This document shows, piece by piece, positions 22,033 to 31,435 of a stretch of 64,000 nucleotides of DNA. Source of the DNA: Candidatus Bathyarchaeota archaeon (lineage in GTDB: Archaea; Thermoproteota; Bathyarchaeia; Bathyarchaeales; Bathycorpusculaceae); the NCBI GenBank assembly GCA_963777155.1, contig CAVZPM010000037.1, positions 35,336-99,335 on the forward strand, in the 5' to 3' direction. The notes under the pieces were generated by a model. It saw only the letters and a program-made list of their open reading frames with translations. It was not told the origin of the DNA and did not search any database. A program made the translations under genes and the position numbers. Each line of letters opens with the position of its first letter. The stretch's first letter is position 1.

Positions 22033-22056
22033 GAGGTTCAAATCCCCCCGTTCCAC
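22033..22056 (+). other. tRNA-like 3' fragment
   Basis: GAGGTTCAAATCCCCCCGTTCCAC resembles an archaeal T-arm plus acceptor 3' strand; no 5' half visible. Confidence 0.4.
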
Positions 22057-22082
22057 TTCTCTGCATATAAATCTGTATTTTT

Positions 22083-22137
22083 AAGGGTTTGCTGAGGCTC
22101 TGGGGTAGGAGAAAAGAGTAAACACAAACGCTCTTTT
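22083..22137 (+). repeat. Structured dispersed repeat, left-hand part
   Basis: AAGGGTTTGCTGAGGCTCTGG...TAGGAGAAAAGAG-loop-CTCTTTT. Confidence 0.7.
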
Positions 22138-22274
22138 TTAACTACAACTATTTTTTTGGACTATGAAGAGCCTCCATTTAACATCTACTCTCAAACTAAA
22201 GTAATGTTCCCTTGATACCCGTGCATTTGCTGAAGTACCAATTATTTTGTCTTTGAAAAAATAGACACACCGCG

Positions 22275-22544
22275 TCATTTAATAAAGTAAAAATAGGCTA
22301 CCAGTAATCCTTGAATGAATAGAAAGATTGGAACTATTAAGAACTTGATTTTACGAGTTTTGTGTCTAAAAAACAACATACCAGCATAGGCACCAAACGG
22401 TCCAAAAAATGCAATCAACAAAAGCCTTGACTCAGGAACCCTCCAACTTCCCTTTTGGCTGTTCAACTTGTCTATTCCAAAAACTGTTAAAGAGATAAAA
22501 TTTACAATCACTAGAAAGATCCACAGGAACAAAACTTGAGTCAT
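22275..22544 (-). CDS. DUF1294 family membrane protein
   Basis: FGIDK...WRVPE-x-x-LL...FFRHKTRK signature. Confidence 0.9.
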   Translation of the reverse strand: MTQVLFLWIFLVIVNFISLTVFGIDKLNSQKGSWRVPESRLLLIAFFGPFGAYAGMLFFRHKTRKIKFLIVPIFLFIQGLLVAYFYFIK

Positions 22545-22742
22545 ATTACTCCCACAGACAGAAGATAGCTATAAGTTTTCTCTGATTACAGAATCGAACT
22601 GTTCCAGTTCATCTATTGTAAATGGCCTATATTTTTTTATTTGACCTCTTCATGAATCTACCAAATGTAAGTTAGTAAAGAAAAGTCTTCCAAGGTCTTT
22701 CAGAATCTGGCCCTACAGAGAAAAAGAGGTTTTTCTGATACA

Positions 22743-22841
22743 TTAATGCACGCTATTATACCATCTGTTGACTTCTTGGATTGTTTTTTCAGAATATCCG
22801 TTTTTTCTTAAAAGAGTCCTATTGGACGAAGTCTTCCTCAT
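22743..22841 (-). CDS. 32-aa microprotein MRKTSSNRTLLRKNGYSEKTIQEVNRWYNSVH
   Basis: GAGGAG SD, CTTAAT box at 22882-22887, degenerate operator at the conserved spacing. Confidence 0.55.
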   Translation of the reverse strand: MRKTSSNRTLLRKNGYSEKTIQEVNRWYNSVH

Positions 22842-23380
22842 TATTTCTTCTCCTCAAGAATATTAATACTCACTACTCATAATTAAGAGTGTGCAGTAGG
22901 CACCACACAATCACACAGCTGGTTAGGTAGCAGTAAAGTAAAATAAATAAATAAGAAAAATAACCAAAAAAAGTTAAAGGTTAAGTTTTAATGGGACAAA
23001 ATCGCGTTTTTGGCTGAAATCCAAACAGTGTTCTCCGGTATGGTCACATTCATATTTATTCAATCGGTAATTCAAACAACGCCTAAACAGTTTACAGGTC
23101 ACACTAAAACACTGTGATTGTCAATAAATCATATTCAAGTTAAAAAGGCAAATTTCTAAAACAATAATATATCAAAGGATGTAACTCAAGAAGCAGAGGG
23201 ACGCTAATCAACACGAGCCTAACATCTCTATGGGAGTTAGAGGTCATATTCTTCCAAGTATACTGGAGCGGTCACTTCCCATCCGCCCTTTGAACGCAGA
23301 TAGTTTTCTAAACTCAAGATCGATCCACTAATTCTACGCTAGGTTTTTTGTAATTAGTTAGCGTGCGCTTCTTCGGAAAC

Positions 23381-24658
23381 CTATTTGAGAGCAGTGTTAG
23401 TTTCATGGTTTTGAGGGTCATAGGAGCTGGTTGTAGGGTTTGATCTTTCTAGGAGGTCGTCTCGGCGTTTGAGGAGTTTTTCGAATTGTTCGTCCGTTAT
23501 CTTGTCGTCTATGAGCATTTTGAAGATGGAGGCGGATATGTTTTTCATTTCTTGTTGAAATTTCTGGAGGTCTGGGGAGTATAGGTCGTAGATAGTTACC
23601 ATGGTTTTGAAGAGGTGGTGGTAGAGTTTGTTTCGTCGCCATAATGTTCGGCCTCGAAGTCCTGTGATGCTGAGCACTAGTAGTGAAGCCAATGCAGCCC
23701 AACCAGCTGGAGTAGTAAACCAAAGGCTGGCATCTTTTTGTAAAATTTGTGCTAGAGATTCTGCTGGTGAACCACTGATGACTGTGTAGTTTGATGGGTA
23801 TTGGTCGCCTCTTGCTATTGTGAATGTGGCTGTGTTTTCGCTGTGTGTACTTGATGGGAAGGTTTGTTTTATTTCTGTGTTCGCAGGCATGTTAACGTCG
23901 ATGATTTGGTTTATTTTGAAGGTGTAACCTTGATAGCTGGTTGAGACTGGAAGGGTGAGGGTGTAGTTGTCGCCGTGTTGAGATAGGATGCTGGCTGGAG
24001 CTTCGAAGTGTAGGCTGTAGTATTGCTCGTCTTCATTGTAGTCCTTGTAGAGTTCCCATCGGCTTAGACTACCAACTGAGATTGGTGTCAAGTTAAACCC
24101 TGTTAACCAGTTTTCTAGGTTTCCCTGTCCAACAAGGTATTCGGGTGTTCGCGTTATATGGAACCATATCCATAATTCGGTGGTTGAGTCTTCGGCGTTG
24201 AAAGAGAAGGTAACTCGAGTTGTGTTAAAGGGTACGTTGTACCAGTTCGTATCAACGCTCCAAGAAAAGTTTAGCCATGGACCTGGATCGGCAATAACTC
24301 TGTTTTGGAAACTTGAGAAGGAAGCGAAGTTTGCTTCGTACAAGTCTTCCGCGGTCGGCTGCAGAAGCGACCAGTCGAACATCTCGTAGGTTGAGACGAA
24401 TATGTCGTTTGGACCAATTAGGCTCTGAGTCATGGATGCTTGGTACCAAGCTCCATCAGATATCCACGTTGGTGCTTGGGGTAAGATACCTTCTTCAGAC
24501 CAACTAACCTGTCCCATTGAAGGGGTGATGATATCGTGTATTTGCCAGACGTCAGTTTCGGCTTTGACGCATCCCAAGGTGAAAGAAAAAATTAAGATGA
24601 TAAATAAAATAAACATCGCTGAAATGTGAAGACTATAACGTCCATTTTTTCTCCCCAA
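23381..24658 (-). CDS. Hypothetical membrane-anchored extracellular protein
   Basis: 425 aa; signal peptide, Ser/Thr/aromatic-rich body, TM helix, helical cytoplasmic tail. Confidence 0.75.
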   Translation of the reverse strand: MGRKNGRYSLHISAMFILFIILIFSFTLGCVKAETDVWQIHDIITPSMGQVSWSEEGILPQAPTWISDGAWYQASMTQSLIGPNDIFVSTYEMFDWSLLQPTAEDLYEANFASFSSFQNRVIADPGPWLNFSWSVDTNWYNVPFNTTRVTFSFNAEDSTTELWIWFHITRTPEYLVGQGNLENWLTGFNLTPISVGSLSRWELYKDYNEDEQYYSLHFEAPASILSQHGDNYTLTLPVSTSYQGYTFKINQIIDVNMPANTEIKQTFPSSTHSENTATFTIARGDQYPSNYTVISGSPAESLAQILQKDASLWFTTPAGWAALASLLVLSITGLRGRTLWRRNKLYHHLFKTMVTIYDLYSPDLQKFQQEMKNISASIFKMLIDDKITDEQFEKLLKRRDDLLERSNPTTSSYDPQNHETNTALK

Positions 24659-24930
24659 TAGAGCCCCTCCAAACTGAGTATTTGTTTATTGTTTGTACAT
24701 AAAAGTTTTTTCAATTGCGAAAGTCGGCTAGCGCGCGATGTTTTATCCTAAAATATCAACGTTTGGATTTGGATTAAATTTTGGTCTTTCTTACGTCTCA
24801 AAAAAATAGTGTCAATTGCATTAATTTTGGAAGGCGTCAACTTTCTTGGACTCGTTCCACCTCTTTGGTTTTTGCCCCGCGTCGAGCTCGTGATTTCACT
24901 CGCAAAACTCTCCTTTTCAAAGCAGCTAAT

Positions 24931-25125
24931 GTTAGGAACCTGTGTTCTCAAAATCAGCAAAATAGAGTTGGCAAGAGACAAAGGTTTCTTTGCATATTAG
25001 CACATCGGGCTTCTTAAGAAGTGTTATTTAGCACTAAAAATAACATGCCATTAGGTTGAGCGCATGGAAAACAAATTATTATGGACATATTGCGACTACC
25101 CAGAGGAAGCTAAAGCATGAGCAAC
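24931..25125 (+). repeat. ~195-bp direct repeat copy A (promoter, 18-codon uORF, start of MSN...)
   Basis: Colinear with 25723-25917; shares CTTCTTAAGAAG and TGTTATTT-N8-AAATAACA palindromes. Confidence 0.85.
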
Positions 25126-25244
25126 CACAAAACTCCCCCTGAAAACAAAAGCTACCATGGTGGCATCTACAGCTATTTCATGAATCAAAAACTGCTAAAA
25201 GCTAAACAAAGTAATCAAATCAAAAACAATAAGAGGAATATCTA

Positions 25245-25493
25245 GTGGATAGGATTCAAGCTTTAGATCTTCTTAAAGAAATTGCAAGCAAAATTCCAGA
25301 GTTGGGACCGGAAGCTATGTCCATAGTGAAAAGTGAACCCAATAATCCCCAACGGACAGGTTGTGCAATAACCTTCAAAGGGTTAACAAACGAGTGCATA
25401 GAGCAAATTAAGAAAATTGTAGAGAACCATTCTTTGGCAATCTTAGACAATAAGCTTGATTTAACTATCTACACCCCAGTGGTTAATGCTTAG
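25245..25493 (+). CDS. Hypothetical small protein
   Basis: 82-aa ORF, AAGAGGA SD, GTG start. Confidence 0.6.
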   Translation: MDRIQALDLLKEIASKIPELGPEAMSIVKSEPNNPQRTGCAITFKGLTNECIEQIKKIVENHSLAILDNKLDLTIYTPVVNA

Positions 25494-25516
25494 CTGTATT
25501 TACTGGAAGTGAACAT

Positions 25517-25684
25517 TTGTTGGCATGTCCTAAGTGTGGAAAAAATGAAGTAAAAACAGAAGTAAACACAAACACAGGGCAAGTTCTGGTTCTGTGCTCG
25601 AATAAGGCTTGTCGTTTCTTGCTTTCGAAAAGCTGGGTTTTAGAAACCGAAATAAAATTATTAGAAAGGCGTTGCAGTTGTTAA
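25517..25684 (+). CDS. Zn-ribbon microprotein (55 aa)
   Basis: Manual translation MLACPKCGKNEV...VLCSNKACRF...; four-Cys ribbon. Confidence 0.55.
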   Translation: MLACPKCGKNEVKTEVNTNTGQVLVLCSNKACRFLLSKSWVLETEIKLLERRCSC

Positions 25685-25722
25685 AAAATTGACAGAAGCA
25701 TCTCCCCTCTAAAACATCTACA

Positions 25723-25917
25723 GTTAGGAAACTGTGTTCTCAAAATATGCAAAATAGAGTTGACAACAAGGCAAAGAAATCTTTGCAGATTAGCAAATCA
25801 AGCTTCTTAAGAAGTGTTATTTAGCATTAAAAATAACATGCCGTTGGTTGAGCGCATGGAAAGTAAGTTATCAAAGACATATTTCGACTACCAAGAGGAA
25901 GTCAAAGCATGAGCAAC
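25723..25917 (+). repeat. ~195-bp direct repeat copy B
   Basis: Colinear with 24931-25125. Confidence 0.85.
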
Positions 25918-26907
25918 ACAAGAGATACGGTTATTAAAGTCAAGAGTTTAGAAGAGGAAAAACAAAACCTGCTAGCCCAATTTGAAGAGCTCAAAAGGCT
26001 GGCTGATATGAAATCTAAGTCTTTAGAAAATGAAATTTCAGCTATAAAAGATCAAATAGAATCGCTAAAAGCAATAATGGGTCAGGAACAGAACCAGCTT
26101 TCAAATCACAAATCGCTTGGAGCAGAGAGTCAAGATTCTGTAATGAGACTAGTGGAAAAAATAATTAGTGAATCAAACGAACTTGGAAATCAGATTTTTG
26201 AGTTTTCTCCCTATAGCCAATATTTTGACAGTTGGCTTGTTAATCTGCAGCAAATTATTTCTGAATTTGAATTAGATTCCAATATAAAGCTGGATGAATT
26301 GTTTGTTAAGGATCGTTCGCGGATTTTCCTAGACATTAAACAAACCCTTACTCAAATACGGCTTGAAGAATCAAAGCTAAGTATTAATGAAAAAGCATTA
26401 AAGGACAACAATCAACTTTTGATCGAAATCGAAAAGGACTATAACAAAAAGATAAAAGAAATAGATGAAAAGAAAAACTCAGAAATTCCACGCTTAACTA
26501 ATCGAATTCAAGAACTTGAATACGAAGTAGAAAGTCATGAGGAAATAAAATCCAAGATTCCGAAACCATTGGCTAACATGTCAAAACAATTTACTGCTTC
26601 GTCAAGAAAAGAATGGAATGAAGAAAGAAAACAAGCGGCGGAAAAACTTGCCCAAACAAAACAAGACCTTAAATCAACTAAGAACGAGTTGGAAGCGGTC
26701 CAGCAAAGCTTTGATGCTCAGCAAGAAGAGCTGAAAGAAAGTTATGAGAAAAAGAAACAGGACATTATGGTAAAGGTAGTAAATTTGCAGAATGAACTTG
26801 AAAAGATGAAGACTGATACATCCATAGACGCAAGGCGAGCGACGAGTAAGGCGCTAGTTAATTCTATTAATGCTCTAATCCAGAGGACGACGAAATCAAA
26901 TTCTTGA
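25909..26907 (+). CDS. Coiled-coil hypothetical protein
   Basis: 332 aa, E/K/Q-rich heptads, internal FSPYSQYFDSWL motif. Confidence 0.75.
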   Translation: MSNTRDTVIKVKSLEEEKQNLLAQFEELKRLADMKSKSLENEISAIKDQIESLKAIMGQEQNQLSNHKSLGAESQDSVMRLVEKIISESNELGNQIFEFSPYSQYFDSWLVNLQQIISEFELDSNIKLDELFVKDRSRIFLDIKQTLTQIRLEESKLSINEKALKDNNQLLIEIEKDYNKKIKEIDEKKNSEIPRLTNRIQELEYEVESHEEIKSKIPKPLANMSKQFTASSRKEWNEERKQAAEKLAQTKQDLKSTKNELEAVQQSFDAQQEELKESYEKKKQDIMVKVVNLQNELEKMKTDTSIDARRATSKALVNSINALIQRTTKSNS

Positions 26908-27037
26908 ACTTAAATCTGTTCTAATAGTTTTTTGAAGAACTACTTTTTTTGTTGGGTTCCCACAAACAATACACGCATGAAATAACTAAACTCTTTGCTG
27001 CGATTTCAGCAGTCGCTAACAAAGAGGGAATGTTTGT

Positions 27038-27373
27038 TTACGATAGTACGAAGCCGATAACGAAACCTACGATGAGTCCTAATCCTAGGGGCAGCACACC
27101 CATTAGAAGCACCCCATATTGTATTGCTATAGGGCCATATGTGTCTGCAATTCCTTTCAAGGCGCCAAGGCTTAATCCGAAAAACCCGAAGTAAGCAACC
27201 ACGACCAGTATAATCGCCGCTATTATCGCAATCTTTAACATCTTGTGAAATAGGTAACCCACGATAAGCCCGATAACAAATGGAATAATCATCAAAACTA
27301 ATGGTGGAATCCCGCCGATGCTTCCTGTAGTGATAAAATTAATTACTTCTTCTATAGCACCCAAAATCAACAA
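27038..27373 (-). CDS. FUN14-like small membrane protein
   Basis: GLIVGYLFHKMLKIA...LGLGLIVGFVIGF. Confidence 0.65.
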   Translation of the reverse strand: MLILGAIEEVINFITTGSIGGIPPLVLMIIPFVIGLIVGYLFHKMLKIAIIAAIILVVVAYFGFFGLSLGALKGIADTYGPIAIQYGVLLMGVLPLGLGLIVGFVIGFVLS

Positions 27374-27416
27374 CTCCGACTAATTAGAAGTTATTACAAA
27401 TTACTATTAAACTTGT

Positions 27417-27438
27417 GTGACTGTGGAGACACATCAAC
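27417..27438 (-). promoter_or_regulatory. Palindromic operator copy (GTGACTGT-N6-ACATCAAC)
   Basis: 5 bp upstream of minus-strand TTTAAT box. Confidence 0.7.
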
Positions 27439-27658
27439 AAAGCGACAACTGTGAAAGAAATCACCTTTCACTTCTTTTCCTTCACTTAAATTAACGGAAT
27501 AAAGTAACCACAATCATCATGTTGCCTTTTCTTGCGTTCACCTTTCTTTTTGGATGGTGCCTATTATGGAAAGAAAGGAACCCTTCAAACAAAAACCCTA
27601 AAACAAATATTCCTCAAAATAAGAAATACTAAGCCGAAAGTTGAGTACTCGCAGGATT

Positions 27659-27680
27659 GTAGGTGTTATCACACACCAAC
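27659..27680 (+). promoter_or_regulatory. Palindromic operator copy (GTAGGTGT-N6-ACACCAAC)
   Basis: 5 bp upstream of TTTAATA. Confidence 0.7.
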
Positions 27681-27872
27681 ATTCGTTTAATACTCATGGA
27701 TGGTTCTATAGTGAACAAGAGAAAGGAAAGGCTTCATTTAATTTGTCAATTTGGAACCAACATCTGACGTTGCACTCAGCCATTTTTCAAATGGTTCTGT
27801 TCCTTTGAACAACTTATTACAGCTTAAATATCTCGCAAAATTGAATTTCCCTAAAAGTATGGAGAACCAAAA

Positions 27873-28631
27873 ATGTTCGGACAAAGATATCAACCCATCC
27901 ACCCCACTAACATATTTATTGCTGCACTCAACGAAGAAGAAGGAGTCGGCGCCACCATATCGGAGCTTTCAGAGAACATAAATGCTAAACGCATTCTCTT
28001 AATTGATGGACACAGCCAAGATCGGACAGTTGAAGTCGCCAAGGAGCATGGCGCAGAAATCTTTTTCCAAGATGGCACAGGTAAAGGTGATGCGTTGGCC
28101 AAGGCGGTGCAATGTATGGGTGAGGATGTTGAGTATGTGGTTATCACTGATGCTGACTTTACTTATCCGGCTGAACATGTGCCTGAAATGATTCAGATCC
28201 TCGAAAATAATCCTCATGTAGGTATGGTTTGCGGGAACAGGTTTAGTAAACAAGCTGAGGGAAACGCTTTTCAAGGTCGATTCACTTTCGGAAACAAACT
28301 ATTGGCTTTTGCTCATGGTTTCTTTAATGGAATAAATCTGCAAGATCCATTAACAGGATTGAGGGTTCTCCGCGCAGACATACTCAGGAAATGGGTCATT
28401 AAGTCTAAAGGTTTTGACATTGAAGTCGAGTTGAATCATCAGGTAGACAAACAAGGATTTGAGACAGTTGAAGTCCCAATTGAATACCGTGAGCGTTTAG
28501 GGGAGAAAAAATTGAGGATGAAGCATGGCGCAACTATCCTGAAGAGAATTCTATTCGAAAGCTCAATTCGCTTGGATAATTTTAACTTTTTTTCACGCTA
28601 TTTTCATGGTATAAGGTTCAAGATCCATTAA
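27873..28631 (+). CDS. GT2 glycosyltransferase (dolichol-phosphate-sugar synthase-like)
   Basis: IAALNEE, IDGHSQDRT, GKGDA, ITDADFTY, DPLTGLR, GFDIEVE, EVPIEYRER. Confidence 0.9.
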   Translation: MFGQRYQPIHPTNIFIAALNEEEGVGATISELSENINAKRILLIDGHSQDRTVEVAKEHGAEIFFQDGTGKGDALAKAVQCMGEDVEYVVITDADFTYPAEHVPEMIQILENNPHVGMVCGNRFSKQAEGNAFQGRFTFGNKLLAFAHGFFNGINLQDPLTGLRVLRADILRKWVIKSKGFDIEVELNHQVDKQGFETVEVPIEYRERLGEKKLRMKHGATILKRILFESSIRLDNFNFFSRYFHGIRFKIH

Positions 28632-28849
28632 CAGGATTGCGGGTTGTCCGTGCAGACATACTCAGGAAATGGGTCATTAAGTCTAAAGGTTTCGACATTG
28701 AAGTCGAGTTGAATCATCAGGTAGACAAACAAGGATTTGAGACAGTTGAAGTCCCAATTGATTACCGTGAGCGTTTAGGGGAGAAAAAATTGAGGATGAA
28801 GCATGGCGCAACTATCCTGAAGAGAATTCTATTCGAAAGCCTCAATTAA
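28341..28849 (+). repeat. Tandem duplication (period 278 bp) of the glycosyltransferase 3' end
   Basis: CAAGATCCATTAACAGG...ATTCGAAAG at 28341 and again at 28619 with a few substitutions. Confidence 0.9.
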
Positions 28850-28880
28850 TCGCCTTAGATCAAGTTTTAACTATTTCGTT

Positions 28881-28971
28881 CAGCTCTGACATCGAATTGG
28901 AGAAAAGACAAAATGCAAAACCTCTTTGATTGCAGCTTCAATAGTTCAAATTTATCCAAAGCCTACTCAGT
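28881..28971 (+). repeat. Structured dispersed repeat copy
   Basis: GGAGAAAAG...AAAACCTCTTTGATTGCAGCTTCAAT...CCAAAGCCTACTCAG. Confidence 0.7.
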
Positions 28972-29117
28972 CCGTTGTTTTTTCCAGTGCATTAAAGGAC
29001 TACAAAAGTGGAATGCGGTTGATAATCCCAAAGATTGGACAAACAACGACTACAAACTTAATTATGGACTTAGTTTTTAGATTAGCTTTGCAAGATTAAG
29101 GTAATTTTTAAATACAG

Positions 29118-29933
29118 ATGACTACAAAAATATTAGTGAAATTCAGAATGTCTGATGACGAAAACACGGATTTGCTGCTTGGTTTGGGTTTGACTCTTAA
29201 TCAAGCCAAGGTTTACTTAGCGGTAATTAAACTGCAAAAAACTACAGTTGGACAGGTAGCTACCTTTTCAAAAGTCCGCAGGGAAGACGTCTATAGAATT
29301 CTACCTTCCCTCGAAAAAATGGGTCTAATTGAAAGATTATTGGGCAAACCGACTGAAATTCGTGCTACTCGTGTTTCTGACGCTTTAAGCCTCCTAGTAG
29401 CGGAAGAAAAAGGCAAATTTGATGAGAAGCTTGTTGGTATGAAGGATATAGTCCAAAAACTATCACTTAAAGAGTGGAAGCAACCGCCTCTTGGAGACGA
29501 AAGCATCTACATACTAATAGCGGAAAAGGCTGCAATTCTGGCAAAGATATCAGAACTTTTTAAGAACTCAAAAGAAGAAATCGCGTTGATTGCATCCAAG
29601 GGATGGATCTTACCGGTTTTAGCTCGTTTTTCAGTTGAATCCAAGAGGGCAATAAAGATGGGTGCTAAGATTCGGTTGATCTTTGAGGGAGAAAACCCGG
29701 ACAGTTTGCTTAAAGAAAAAGTGAAAAAACTCATCGGTATCCCTTCTGTTCAGGTTAAGTTTCATCGTGAACCTTTAAACCATTTTATAATGTCTGATGA
29801 TAAAGAAGCGCTCATTACCGCTTCCAAAGAAAGCGGATTAGGGGAAAGCCCTTCTTTATGGACAAACAACTGCAACCTTATTGGCGTACTCAGAACAGGT
29901 TTTGAATCCGACTGGCAAAAAGCTGAAGACTAA
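29118..29933 (+). CDS. TrmB-family transcriptional regulator
   Basis: LGLTLNQAKVYLA...V-x-R-x-x-VY-x-x-L-x-x-L-x-x-x-GL wHTH; C-terminal I-x-SD-x-KE...SLWTNN...FE-x-x-W domain. Confidence 0.85.
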   Translation: MTTKILVKFRMSDDENTDLLLGLGLTLNQAKVYLAVIKLQKTTVGQVATFSKVRREDVYRILPSLEKMGLIERLLGKPTEIRATRVSDALSLLVAEEKGKFDEKLVGMKDIVQKLSLKEWKQPPLGDESIYILIAEKAAILAKISELFKNSKEEIALIASKGWILPVLARFSVESKRAIKMGAKIRLIFEGENPDSLLKEKVKKLIGIPSVQVKFHREPLNHFIMSDDKEALITASKESGLGESPSLWTNNCNLIGVLRTGFESDWQKAED

Positions 29934-30014
29934 CCTAAAGACCACATTAATAGATATCGAGTTAAGTGTCTTCTCAGCGGTTGGAACGATTAACGCAGAC
30001 CTAAACGCCAGAGT

Positions 30015-30036
30015 GTAGGTGTAGCCTCACAGTCAC
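30015..30036 (+). promoter_or_regulatory. Palindromic operator copy (GTAGGTGT-N6-ACAGTCAC)
   Basis: 5 bp upstream of CTTAAC box preceding the lmo0937-dodecin cluster. Confidence 0.7.
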
Positions 30037-30082
30037 GAACGCTTAACTCTACCAATGACCATTAATAGGTAGGGAAATTATT

Positions 30083-30241
30083 ATGAATACTTTACTAGCG
30101 ATTGTTCTTATTCTTGTGATACTTTGGTTGGTTGGTTTCTTTGCTCTACCAGGTGTAGGCGCATTAATACATATACTACTTGTGATTGCCGTAATCTTGG
30201 TTCTCGTTTGGCTGTTCACTGGCAAAAAACTGTGGAAATAA
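30083..30241 (+). CDS. lmo0937/DUF5670-family small membrane protein (52 aa, absent from ORF track)
   Basis: MNTLLAIVLILVILWLVGFFALPGVGALIHILLVIAVILVLVWLFTGKK. Confidence 0.8.
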   Translation: MNTLLAIVLILVILWLVGFFALPGVGALIHILLVIAVILVLVWLFTGKKLWK

Positions 30242-30260
30242 AACTATACTTTAAGGAGAC

Positions 30261-30488
30261 ATGAAAGGTATGACAGTTGTAAAAATTGTTGAGTTAATAG
30301 GCAGTTCCCCAAAGGATTGGGAAGACGCTACGAAGAACGCTCTGGACGAAGCGGCCAAGACAATTAAGAACATTAAGTCAATTTATGTGAAGCGGTGCAC
30401 TGCAAAAGTGGAAAACAACAAAATTGTTGAATACAGGGCTGTGGTCAAAATCGCTTTCGTTGTACAAAGAGAAAAATCAACTAAATAG
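30261..30488 (+). CDS. Dodecin (flavin-binding)
   Basis: VVKIVELIGSSPKDWEDA...A-x-KT...I-x-EYR-x-x-x-KIAF. Confidence 0.9.
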   Translation: MKGMTVVKIVELIGSSPKDWEDATKNALDEAAKTIKNIKSIYVKRCTAKVENNKIVEYRAVVKIAFVVQREKSTK

Positions 30489-30493
30489 ATACT

Positions 30494-30829
30494 TTGGGAA
30501 GGAGAATAAAAATGGTTAAGTGTGAAAGTTGTGGAGCTGACCTGTCTGAAGGAGCCAAATTCTGTTCAAATTGCGGGACTCCCGTAGGCTTAAAAGAAGA
30601 ATTTACAGTCAGCTCAGAGGATCTTGTTGCGAAAATCAAGGAACTGCTACATGAGAGCGACGTATCAAGAATCATCGTTAAGGATGAGAGCGGTAAGACC
30701 CTTTTAGAAATACCAGTTTGGGCAGGCATTGTAGGAACAATATTAGCTCCTTGGCTAGCAGCCTTGGGCGCAATAGCAGCTTTAGCAACAAAATGCACCA
30801 TCACTGTCATTAGGCAAAAAGCTAACTAA
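30494..30829 (+). CDS. Zn-ribbon plus DUF4342 protein
   Basis: CESCG...AKFCSNCG; EEFTV...KIKELLHE-x-x-V-x-RIIVK...LLEIP...APWLAALG. Confidence 0.8.
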   Translation: MGRRIKMVKCESCGADLSEGAKFCSNCGTPVGLKEEFTVSSEDLVAKIKELLHESDVSRIIVKDESGKTLLEIPVWAGIVGTILAPWLAALGAIAALATKCTITVIRQKAN

Positions 30830-30847
30830 AATAAAGAGTTAGTCGGC

Positions 30848-31159
30848 ATGAAAAAGAAAAACTATCAAGAAATTAGCTTCGCTTCGGGCAAAGACCACAA
30901 AAGCAAACCCGTAATTCATAAAAAAGGGATGCCTACTATCAGGTGCGTGTGCGGATTAAGAATTTTGGTAGTTCCCGATTTGGAAGCAATGAACCGCGCC
31001 ATAAAAAATCATGTATCCGAACACAGGCAAGCGGATTATGGTTTAGTGCCTGACTCGTTGGAGGAGCTTTTAACAGAGCAGATTCTGACAGTGGCTAGTG
31101 AAATGAATCTACCAAATGTGGACAGAGGATGGATTGCACTAAAAAGTTGCAAAAGATAA
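30848..31159 (+). CDS. Hypothetical protein with CxC...HxxxH putative Zn site
   Basis: IRCVCGLRILVVPDL...IKNHVSEH. Confidence 0.6.
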   Translation: MKKKNYQEISFASGKDHKSKPVIHKKGMPTIRCVCGLRILVVPDLEAMNRAIKNHVSEHRQADYGLVPDSLEELLTEQILTVASEMNLPNVDRGWIALKSCKR

Positions 31160-31234
31160 GCTTCACAGGTACCTGAGACCAATAGTAAAAACTTAGGTTT
31201 CTTTTTCAGGGTAGTTTAGGAGGTGTAACAAATT

Positions 31235-31435
31235 ATGTCAGAACAACATATAGACGTCAAGGAACAGATAGAGAAAATGGGCGAGAAATGGAGCGAATTC
31301 CAGAAATCTTGGGGTAACCACTTCAAAGATATAGATTTTGAAGTGTTAGAATGGAACTTTGGTGTTGGAAAAAACGAAAAGGAATACATCATCGACTTGA
31401 AAGCCAAGGTCGCTGTAAGAGAAAAGAAGAAGTAA
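31235..31435 (+). CDS. Hypothetical small protein
   Basis: 66 aa, strong GGAGGTG SD. Confidence 0.7.
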   Translation: MSEQHIDVKEQIEKMGEKWSEFQKSWGNHFKDIDFEVLEWNFGVGKNEKEYIIDLKAKVAVREKKK

